Below are positions 56,780 through 64,000 of a DNA stretch of 64,000 nucleotides, in pieces. The stretch's first letter is position 1. The number at the start of each line of letters is the position of its first letter. The DNA comes from Candidatus Gottesmanbacteria bacterium (GTDB taxonomy: Bacteria; Patescibacteriota; Microgenomatia; 2-02-FULL-39-11). Both the position numbers and the translations under genes were made by a program. The notes beneath the pieces were generated by a model. It ran no database searches, had not been told where the DNA came from, and saw only the letters and a program-made list of their open reading frames with translations. Where the stretch lies: contig JACPKY010000002.1 of the NCBI GenBank assembly GCA_016186795.1, positions 989,892 through 1,053,891 on the forward strand, written 5' to 3'.

Positions 56780-57587
56780 GACGGGCCTCCTTTATGAGAA
56801 TAGTGATAAATAATATAAGTGCGATAGCAATAAGAAGGTCAAGGAACGGGTTTTGTAACCTTCCCGAAAGAGTGTAAATGAATTGTTGGAGACTTGCTCC
56901 GTATGCCATGTTTGAATCCATCTCAATTTGTCCGGAAAGAGCTAAGTAGGCAATACCGATAGCAGATACCATAAATGTTATCGCAGCAATAATTTTGAGA
57001 GGCTTTTCGATTGCTGATTTCACTTTGTATAAATACTGGTTTGTTACTTTTTCATAAAAAAGGGAGAGGAAAAAAAGTGGGAAGACGATTCCTAAGACAT
57101 AGACACTGGCAACGATAAGTGCTGTAAGAATTGATGGGGAAAGTGAGGAAAGGGTGATTGCGGCAAAAAGAACTGGTGCACAACATGAGGATGTAATTCC
57201 AGAAAATACTCCCAACAAAAACGTAGAGATAACAGTTGTTTCTTTGGGCATAGTAAAGTAGGGAAGTGGGAGCATGAGTTTGACTTCAAACAGAGTAAAA
57301 AGCCCCATGAGGAACATAAACAGGGCTCCCAATAAATACGTTGTGGTATGGAACTGATCGAAAAGAGAAACGATAATTTTCATACCCAGAGCAACAGGGA
57401 CAAGAATTGATCCAAGACCAAGTGCAAAGACAAGTGTGAGGAGCACAACTCGTGATCGTTCCTTAAATATCGTTCCCAGGTAGGAAGGAAAAAGAAATGT
57501 AATGCAACATGGAGCAAAAAGTGCGACCATGCCTCCTAAAAATGAAGCAGTGAGAGAGACGCCAAAAAAGAGATTTGAATCGATCAT
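56739..57587 (-). CDS. CcdA-like thiol-disulfide transporter
   Basis: FAPCCITF; SSCCAPV; multiple TM. Confidence 0.8.
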   Translation of the reverse strand: MIDSNLFFGVSLTASFLGGMVALFAPCCITFLFPSYLGTIFKERSRVVLLTLVFALGLGSILVPVALGMKIIVSLFDQFHTTTYLLGALFMFLMGLFTLFEVKLMLPLPYFTMPKETTVISTFLLGVFSGITSSCCAPVLFAAITLSSLSPSILTALIVASVYVLGIVFPLFFLSLFYEKVTNQYLYKVKSAIEKPLKIIAAITFMVSAIGIAYLALSGQIEMDSNMAYGASLQQFIYTLSGRLQNPFLDLLIAIALILFITILIKEARHESKLMEKKHKEK

Positions 57588-57595
57588 TGTATTAC

Positions 57596-57746
57596 GCGTT
57601 GTATTTCTCGCAAAATGGGTTCTTGAAAAGAATTTGTAGGTTCCATTACTCGGGAAGCCTTCGGGAATTTCAGTTCCCGCTTTCCTTCTCGTAATGGAAC
57701 AACAAATTCTAATTCAACTGCACAAATTTTGCTCAAAATACGACGC
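57596..57746. repeat. 151-bp imperfect palindrome (MITE-like) under the 60-aa ORF 57584-57766
   Basis: GCGTTGTATTT/AAATACGACGC; GCAAAAT/ATTTTGC; GAATTTGT/ACAAATTC; GTTCCATTAC/GTAATGGAAC; CGGGAA/TTCCCG. Confidence 0.75.
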
Positions 57747-57762
57747 TTCATAGAAAAAAATT

Positions 57763-58296
57763 TCACTCAACATATGCTTTTACCGTAAATGTCAGTTTTG
57801 GATTTTCGGGATCGTTTGTCTGTACATACACATCTCGGGTAACTGGTCCCTTCACTGGCATGATTGATGGACGGTAGGTAACAGTAAGTGTTGCCTTTTC
57901 ACCTGGCTCTAATGAGGTAGACCACGTACTTTTTGAGTGCATACCAAATTCTGGGCTTTTTGTTCCGTTGACAGTTATTTGACCAAACGTGCAGTCACAA
58001 GATGAGGAGATTTTAAAAAGATCCAATGGTTTGTTGCCGGTATTTTCGAGTAAGAACTCTGCCTGTTTTTCATCTTGGACTTTCATTGTTCCAAGATCTG
58101 AGGAAGACGATGAAACTTTTACTCGTGGACGATTTTCGTCGTTGACCTTGTACGATGCCGATACCTCTGGTTTTCCTTGTTTACTTTCATTAACAGAGAA
58201 GATGAAAATTACGACAAGTGCCAGAAGAGTTACCCCTCCAATGATGCTCAGAATAATTTTTTCAGAAGAAATTGCAGACGCATGTCTGTCTTTCAT
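57763..58296 (-). CDS. DUF1573-domain protein
   Basis: NTGNKPL; SSSCDCT; LEPGE; TNDP. Confidence 0.8.
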   Translation of the reverse strand: MKDRHASAISSEKIILSIIGGVTLLALVVIFIFSVNESKQGKPEVSASYKVNDENRPRVKVSSSSSDLGTMKVQDEKQAEFLLENTGNKPLDLFKISSSCDCTFGQITVNGTKSPEFGMHSKSTWSTSLEPGEKATLTVTYRPSIMPVKGPVTRDVYVQTNDPENPKLTFTVKAYVE

Positions 58297-58306
58297 ATTT
58301 TCTCCT

Positions 58307-60592
58307 TCATAGTTTTGCTCTCTTTAAAAGAAGAGAATTTGTAACAACTGATATTGAACTTGTGGCCATTGCCAAAGAGGCGAGGATGGGATTTAATAGT
58401 AATCCGAAAAAGGGATAGAGGACTCCCATTGCAACAGGAATTAAGATGACGTTGTATCCAAATGCCCAAAAGAGATTGAGTTTAATTGTCCGCATGGTTT
58501 TTTTAGAAAGACGAATAGCTGTTACAACAGATCTGAGATCTTTATTCATAAGCGTTATATTTGCAGCTTCTATTGCAACATCTGTTCCTGTCCCCATGGC
58601 AATTCCTACGTTGGCTGATGCTAGAGCCGGAGCGTCATTTATTCCATCTCCAACAAAGGCTAGAGTTTTCCTTCCTTTTCCATTTCCTTCTTTGAATTCT
58701 CGGACAATTTTTTCTTTCTCTTGCGGGAGAACTTCAGCAATGACATTTTCATTTGGAATTCCAGCTTGATCGGCAATTGCTTTTGCTGTTTGTTTGTTGT
58801 CACCAGTGATCATATAGGAGGAAATACCTATTTTGAGAAGCTCCGAGATTGTTTCCCGTGCTGAATCTTTCAGGGTATCAGCTATGGCAAATAGGGCAAC
58901 GTGCTTTCCATTGACTGCAATGTATGCCAGTGTTTTTGCTTCTTGGGCAAAAAGTTGCGCCTTTTTCTCAAGTTCACTACAAAGAATAATCTTTTCCTTC
59001 TCCATGAGTTTCTTTGTTCCAATGATTACCTTTTCATGATTTACAGTCCCGACAATTCCAAGACCGGCGATTGCTCTTGCTCCTTCGACCGGTAACTCTT
59101 TTGTCTTTTCTTGGAGGTAGGAAGTAATAGCTGTCGAAAGAGCATGTTCCGAATGCTTTTCAAGAGAAAAGATGAGAGAAAAAATGTACTGTTCTAAGGG
59201 AGTTTGGGGAGTGATATGTAATGTAAGTGTTTTGGCAACTTCATCAATATTTTCCATGACGGAAGAATCTGTAACTTTTGGTTTCCCGAGAGTCAAGGTG
59301 CCGGTTTTATCAAATACAATGGTTGTAATCTTATGGGCAATTTCAAGGCTCTCTGCGTCTTTTATTAAAATACCGTGTTCTGCGCCTTTTCCGGTACCTA
59401 CCATGATTGCAGTTGGAGTTGCAAGGCCCATAGCACACGGACAGGCGATGATAAGGACCGCAACGGTATTGAGCATGGCAAACAGAAATGCAGGAGTTGG
59501 TCCAAAGACGTACCATACGACAAAGGTTGCGATTGCCAGCATAAGAACAACAGGGACAAAGTATGACGAGATAGTATCGGCAAGTCTTTGGATTGGCGCT
59601 TTGCTCCCTTGCGCTTTTTCAACAAGGGCAATAATCTGGGATAGTACAGTTTCACTTCCGACCTTCGTCGCTTGCATGGTAAATGTACCAGTGGAGTTGA
59701 TTGTTGCACCAACGACTAAGTCACCGGGATATTTTTCTACCGGAATACTTTCACCTGTGACCATTGATTCATCAACTGCTGATTCTCCTTTCAAAACTTT
59801 TCCATCGACAGGGATTTTTTCTCCTGGCCGGACAAGGATTTGGTCTCCTACAATGACTTGATTAATTGGAATATCCATCTCTTTTCCATCTCTTACGACA
59901 CGAGCAGTTTTGGCTTGAAGGCTTAGAAGTTTCTTGATGGCATCAGATGTGCCAAGTTTGGCCTTGGCTTCTAAGAATCTTCCCAAAAGAATAAGACCAA
60001 TAATAACAACTGCAGTGTCAAAGTATGGCAGGGGATCGATACCTAAGCCCTGGATAATTTCAGGATAAAGTGTGACAAATGCCGAATAGCCAAAGGCCAC
60101 AGTTGTGCCAATAACGACAAGGGTATCCATGTTGGCATTGCGGTTTTTCAAAGATGAGAATGCTGCCTGATAAAATGAAAAACCTGCCCAGAATTGAATT
60201 GGTGTTGCCAGTAGAAGCTGAATAAGAGAGTCTTTTAACAAAGATGGAGCAGTCTCCATAAGAGTCGGGAAACTTGCCCAAAAAAGAAGGCCGCCAATTG
60301 CAAGACTTACCAACACTTTTATCCCTAGCTCCTTCAATTCCTTCTTTTTCCTGATATCTTTTTCATCACTGTGTCCATTTTCGCCAAGAAGAGCTTTGTA
60401 CCCAACTTTTGCAACTGCTTCTTTCAAGTTATCATCGTTTACTTGTGATTCGTCATATGTGACGTGAGCTTTCTCTGTGGCAAGATTGACCGTTGCACTA
60501 TCTACTCCGGCAACTTTTGACAGTGCACGTTCTAACACTCGTACACAGGAAGCGCAATGCATACCAGAAATTGCAAAAGATTTGGTTTTCAT
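58307..60592 (-). CDS. copA: copper-translocating P1B-type ATPase
   Basis: GMHCASC; TGES; CPC; DKTGT; [10 protein letters not shown]; YN and MATSS TM motifs. Confidence 0.95.
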   Translation of the reverse strand: MKTKSFAISGMHCASCVRVLERALSKVAGVDSATVNLATEKAHVTYDESQVNDDNLKEAVAKVGYKALLGENGHSDEKDIRKKKELKELGIKVLVSLAIGGLLFWASFPTLMETAPSLLKDSLIQLLLATPIQFWAGFSFYQAAFSSLKNRNANMDTLVVIGTTVAFGYSAFVTLYPEIIQGLGIDPLPYFDTAVVIIGLILLGRFLEAKAKLGTSDAIKKLLSLQAKTARVVRDGKEMDIPINQVIVGDQILVRPGEKIPVDGKVLKGESAVDESMVTGESIPVEKYPGDLVVGATINSTGTFTMQATKVGSETVLSQIIALVEKAQGSKAPIQRLADTISSYFVPVVLMLAIATFVVWYVFGPTPAFLFAMLNTVAVLIIACPCAMGLATPTAIMVGTGKGAEHGILIKDAESLEIAHKITTIVFDKTGTLTLGKPKVTDSSVMENIDEVAKTLTLHITPQTPLEQYIFSLIFSLEKHSEHALSTAITSYLQEKTKELPVEGARAIAGLGIVGTVNHEKVIIGTKKLMEKEKIILCSELEKKAQLFAQEAKTLAYIAVNGKHVALFAIADTLKDSARETISELLKIGISSYMITGDNKQTAKAIADQAGIPNENVIAEVLPQEKEKIVREFKEGNGKGRKTLAFVGDGINDAPALASANVGIAMGTGTDVAIEAANITLMNKDLRSVVTAIRLSKKTMRTIKLNLFWAFGYNVILIPVAMGVLYPFFGLLLNPILASLAMATSSISVVTNSLLLKRAKL

Positions 60593-60948
60593 ATCACAGA
60601 AATTTTGCCAAAGTACATATTCATCCCACAGGAGTATGGAAACTCCCCTTTTTTCTTGGGAGTAATTACAATTGGTACGTTTTCGTTTAATGGCAGAAAT
60701 TTTTTGATGCCAAAATCAGGGATATTAACCTCTTCAAGACAAGGGTTAGGATCCTTTCTCAAGAAATTAAGAGTTGTTGTGGCATCTTTTTTTATAATAA
60801 TGTACGAAGGGGAGTAGCCACCCTCGACTTTGATATCAATTGACCCTTTTGCCTCAACCTTTTCTTCTTTTTTGCCAAAGAAGAACCAGTAGGTGGTTAT
60901 GACTCCGAAAAAGCCAAGGAGAATAACGAATATTTTATCGAGTGTCAT
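60589..60948 (-). CDS. membrane-anchored cupredoxin (CupA-like)
   Basis: GGYSP; PCLE; YSCGMNM. Confidence 0.85.
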   Translation of the reverse strand: MTLDKIFVILLGFFGVITTYWFFFGKKEEKVEAKGSIDIKVEGGYSPSYIIIKKDATTTLNFLRKDPNPCLEEVNIPDFGIKKFLPLNENVPIVITPKKKGEFPYSCGMNMYFGKISVI

Positions 60949-61211
60949 TTTTGGTTTCTTTTAAATACTGCCATGACTTCTTCAATGACCTCGTTTGATC
61001 TTCCCTTTTTAATAGCATCGACAACGCATGTATTGAGGTGATTTTTTAAAATAAGAGAGTCAATTTCTCGAAGGGCTGCTTCAACTGCTTGAGATTGATG
61101 AAGCGTATCAATGCAGTAAGAATCATTCTCGACCATTTCCCGGACTTTCTTCAGATGTCCCTCAGCAATCTTCAGACGTGCAACAAGAGATATTTTTGAT
61201 TCGCTTTGCAT
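60945..61211 (-). CDS. csoR: CsoR-family metal-sensing repressor
   Basis: RLKIAEGH; YCID; HLNTC. Confidence 0.9.
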   Translation of the reverse strand: MQSESKISLVARLKIAEGHLKKVREMVENDSYCIDTLHQSQAVEAALREIDSLILKNHLNTCVVDAIKKGRSNEVIEEVMAVFKRNQK

Positions 61212-61237
61212 AGAAGCCTCCTTGATAACCTTTCTAA

Positions 61238-61256
61238 TATCCCCTAGGGGGGGATA
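61238..61256. promoter_or_regulatory. probable CsoR operator
   Basis: TATCCCC-taggg-GGGGATA pseudo-palindrome upstream of csoR, matching the C/G-tract style of CsoR operators. Confidence 0.75.
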
Positions 61257-61326
61257 GGGATACTATACTATATCAAAAATAAAAAATCAAATATCAAAAA
61301 AAGATGGGGTGTTCTATACTAGAAAT

Positions 61327-61773
61327 ATGCTCTATACTCCTCATTTTTTAACCGGAGCTGCAATTTTAAAAATAGTACCTGATCCGCTTCTAGGGTTACT
61401 CCTAAGTTTTCTTTCACATTTTATTCTTGATTTAACGCCGCATAATGATTTTGATCTCCGACCAGGAATAACCTTGAGAGAATTTTTTCGGATGGAGAAG
61501 AGACGTCGAAATATAATTTTGCTTGTTATGGGAATTGACTATTTCTTTATGGTGGTTAGTTTCTTGTGGATATTGGTTACAAAGAGCAATTATTGGCTCC
61601 TTGTTGGAGGAGGAGTAGGGATACTTCCTGATGCATTTGAACAATTCATCATGCTTTTTGGCAAAAAGCTTCCCGGTTGGCAGGATAGACTACAGTGGAG
61701 AGTATCTGCAAAATACGGGTTTATTTCCTATCCGATTGTAAGTTTAATCGCATTATATATTCTTTTTAATTAG
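61327..61773 (+). CDS. membrane protein, possible metal-dependent hydrolase
   Basis: PHFLTG; SHFILD.TPH; ILPD. Confidence 0.65.
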   Translation: MLYTPHFLTGAAILKIVPDPLLGLLLSFLSHFILDLTPHNDFDLRPGITLREFFRMEKRRRNIILLVMGIDYFFMVVSFLWILVTKSNYWLLVGGGVGILPDAFEQFIMLFGKKLPGWQDRLQWRVSAKYGFISYPIVSLIALYILFN

Positions 61774-62704
61774 CGATGCATTTCCCTCCGGCATCGGGAT
61801 AATCTCCCTCTAGTTTGCAAGAATACCCGGTTGGACAATCTAGTCCAGCAATCCCACCACAAAGTTGTTCCCGCTTACTTTCTTCTCTGACGCATTCTCT
61901 TATATGATCAACGTAAGAGAGTTTACTTATAGTTTCATGAAGATCCAGACATTTTTCATAAGGTAGGTTTTTGAAAAGTCCATATGGCGGGTTTGTTTCA
62001 TACTTAACAGTGAGTATTCCAAAAGGTGCAAGCAATCGTTTTACTTCTCGTTCATTATCTGCGGTAATTGCCGGTGAATAGGTAACATAAAGGTCGTAGG
62101 TGGGATTTCCTGTAAAAGTAAATGTTCGAAGAATATTTTCAAATAAATCCTCATCCTCTTTTGTAATCTCTCGATCCACAACATCGAGGGTTAATGCAAA
62201 TATGATGTCGTCTTTTTTAATCAGGCCCATTATTTTTTCAATTTTACGCTCATATGACGGAGGTGAAGCGATGATAAGCTTGTATCCTGAAATACCTGCA
62301 ATTGTCATGCGTGTTTTTTTCTTCGCACTTTGATAGAGATCTTTATTGGTGGAACTCTCCATAAATTCCTCGACAGTTTTTTCTGATAACGCGGAAATAG
62401 GAATCAGAGTAAATCCAACATTCTCGATTTTGTTGTTATCCTCATTAGGGATTAGGTAAAGCTGACCTTCAATAGAATTTGTTTCCTGGAAATATTCATC
62501 CGGATATTTGATTTCATAAAAAAATTTAGTACTTTTGAATATTTTCCAACTGATGGTTTGATCAGGAGTGTAAGAAGAGGATAGTTTATATAGGAAAAAT
62601 GCACCTATTCCAAGAAGAAAAACAGCAACAGAGCCAGTAACTATGAGTAGTATTTTCGATGAATTTCTATTTCCCAGTGGAAATATTTGGTGTATATCCA
62701 TCAT
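61766..62704 (-). CDS. membrane-anchored exported protein, PsbP-like middle and Cys-rich tail
   Basis: TM; WK.F....YEIKYP; C-terminal CGGIAGLDCPTGYSC..GKC. Confidence 0.6.
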   Translation of the reverse strand: MMDIHQIFPLGNRNSSKILLIVTGSVAVFLLGIGAFFLYKLSSSYTPDQTISWKIFKSTKFFYEIKYPDEYFQETNSIEGQLYLIPNEDNNKIENVGFTLIPISALSEKTVEEFMESSTNKDLYQSAKKKTRMTIAGISGYKLIIASPPSYERKIEKIMGLIKKDDIIFALTLDVVDREITKEDEDLFENILRTFTFTGNPTYDLYVTYSPAITADNEREVKRLLAPFGILTVKYETNPPYGLFKNLPYEKCLDLHETISKLSYVDHIRECVREESKREQLCGGIAGLDCPTGYSCKLEGDYPDAGGKCIAN

Positions 62705-62825
62705 GAAGAGTATACATGAAGAAAAAGAGCGAGAGAATGGTTACGAAAACAATAAAAAGTATCAGCCAAATATGGCTTTCTCTCCTATTCGATTATATCA
62801 GGTATGGCGTTTTTCTCGTTCTTCG

Positions 62826-63371
62826 TTAGGGCATCCGGATAAACAGCGTCTCTCCGCTTACCTCAGTATTGAAATAGAGACCAAATCTGGGAACGAGGAG
62901 AGTTACTCCTTCTTCTGATCCCGCTGGGACATTGCCAATAAGACAGGTTACCCAAAGAAGACCATCAGTTTCAATTGATCCATCTGTTGAGCGAAGGTGA
63001 ACTCCGATGAGTGCTCGGCCTCCTTCAAAGGTAGATGGAAGATCTGGTGATGTACCCCATGATTGGTACCTCCACATGCGTGTTGCTGTCCAAGTGCCTG
63101 TATTAATAATATTTCCATCTTTGTCTTTGTGGACAATGTCTCCTCCTCCCGTAACTGTATGTGGATTTAGGGAGAATGTGCCTGCTCCTGTTAGTTCTAT
63201 CCGATCACCGTGAAAGTCCATGGCAACGACCGGTCCATCGACTGGATCTACCCCGAGTTTATACTCGTAAAACGTGGGGCCTATTGCTGATGTTGTGTTG
63301 AACGGTGCAAGGAGGAGTAATCCAAAGCCTAGGATAAGTAAAGAAAAAATTGCTTTGCGTACAATCTTCAA
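62826..63371 (-). CDS. secreted hypothetical protein
   Basis: Signal peptide; beta-rich; RBS AGGAGGT, TTG start. Confidence 0.65.
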   Translation of the reverse strand: MKIVRKAIFSLLILGFGLLLLAPFNTTSAIGPTFYEYKLGVDPVDGPVVAMDFHGDRIELTGAGTFSLNPHTVTGGGDIVHKDKDGNIINTGTWTATRMWRYQSWGTSPDLPSTFEGGRALIGVHLRSTDGSIETDGLLWVTCLIGNVPAGSEEGVTLLVPRFGLYFNTEVSGETLFIRMP

Positions 63372-63589
63372 TTTTTATCACCTCCTTTCACGAGTGAGTG
63401 TATTGGCCAAAAGGCAAGAAAAAAAGCAACCCTTGGATAAATTCAGGATTGCTTCCGTTTGCGGTGGCAATATATTTCACTGTAGAGGAGAAGTATTCAA
63501 CTGTCAAGTATCTACGATGAAACGAAAAGGGGAGTAGTATCGAAAAATGAATCTAGCAATATTTTGGGAATCCATGGTATTGTTGAAGT

Positions 63590-64000
63590 ATGCGCTCCAT
63601 TTTGCAGGCTATTTGTATCATCATTTTCCTTTTTGCCTGTTCTTCTTCCGTATACGCAGGTGAAATTATTACCGATCAAAAACTCATTACCGTTGATCTA
63701 GGAAAGCAAATGCTCTATGCGTGGGAGAAAGGTCAAGTTGTTCACCAGACGAAAGTTTCTACCGGACTTCCCAAGACGCCCACTGTGAAGGGTAGTTTTG
63801 CAGTGAAATGGAAAGTTCCTTCTCAAACCATGCGTGGTGGGTCAAAAGCATATGGTACATATGAATATAAAAACGTCCCTCATGTGATGTACTTTTACCA
63901 AGGTTACGCAATTCACGGGGCATACTGGCATAATCGTTTTGGTCGTCCTAATAGCCACGGATGCGTCAATGTTCCTTTGACATCTGCCGAGTGGCTTTAT
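63590..64000 (+). CDS. L,D-transpeptidase (YkuD family), truncated by the window end
   Basis: My translation: signal peptide, ITVDLGKQMLYAWE, VSTG..TPT, AIHGAYWH..SHGCVN. Confidence 0.88.
   Translation, partial: MRSILQAICIIIFLFACSSSVYAGEIITDQKLITVDLGKQMLYAWEKGQVVHQTKVSTGLPKTPTVKGSFAVKWKVPSQTMRGGSKAYGTYEYKNVPHVMYFYQGYAIHGAYWHNRFGRPNSHGCVNVPLTSAEWLY

Noticed and set aside
59172-59861. Long antisense ORFs inside copA, and similar ones inside ftsH, trpB and the helicase
   Set aside because: Shadow frames of well-supported genes on the opposite strand

Overview
Gene-dense 64-kb bacterial chromosome segment. Gene content suggests Patescibacteria/CPR, Microgenomates-like (inference): VirD4/HerA-like ATPase, stand-alone PEP-utilizer His-domain protein, archaeal-type PyrH and ATP-dependent ligase, extended -10 promoters. 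Main blocks: (1) three tRNAs: Ile(UAU), elongator Met(CAU), and fMet split by a ~202-nt group I intron; (2) a complete trpEGDCFBA-trpS operon under a Trp T-box with an ultrashort Stem I; (3) housekeeping and repair genes (ftsH, 5'-3' exonuclease, mutM, pyrH, recF, lig, EndoQ-like, pth, folC); (4) a glycosyltransferase cluster including a DgdA-like enzyme; (5) an SDR/FMN-barrel/HD/phospho-His operon; (6) a ~9-kb CsoR-type copper regulon. Small repeat DNA invades genes without breaking them: a 16-bp palindrome within 7-mer arrays in four genes, a 159-bp in-frame element in trpC, a 162-bp MITE at a stop codon, a 151-bp hairpin under a bridging ORF, and three 17-bp hairpins in the T-box. All family calls come from recognising motifs by eye; no searches were run.
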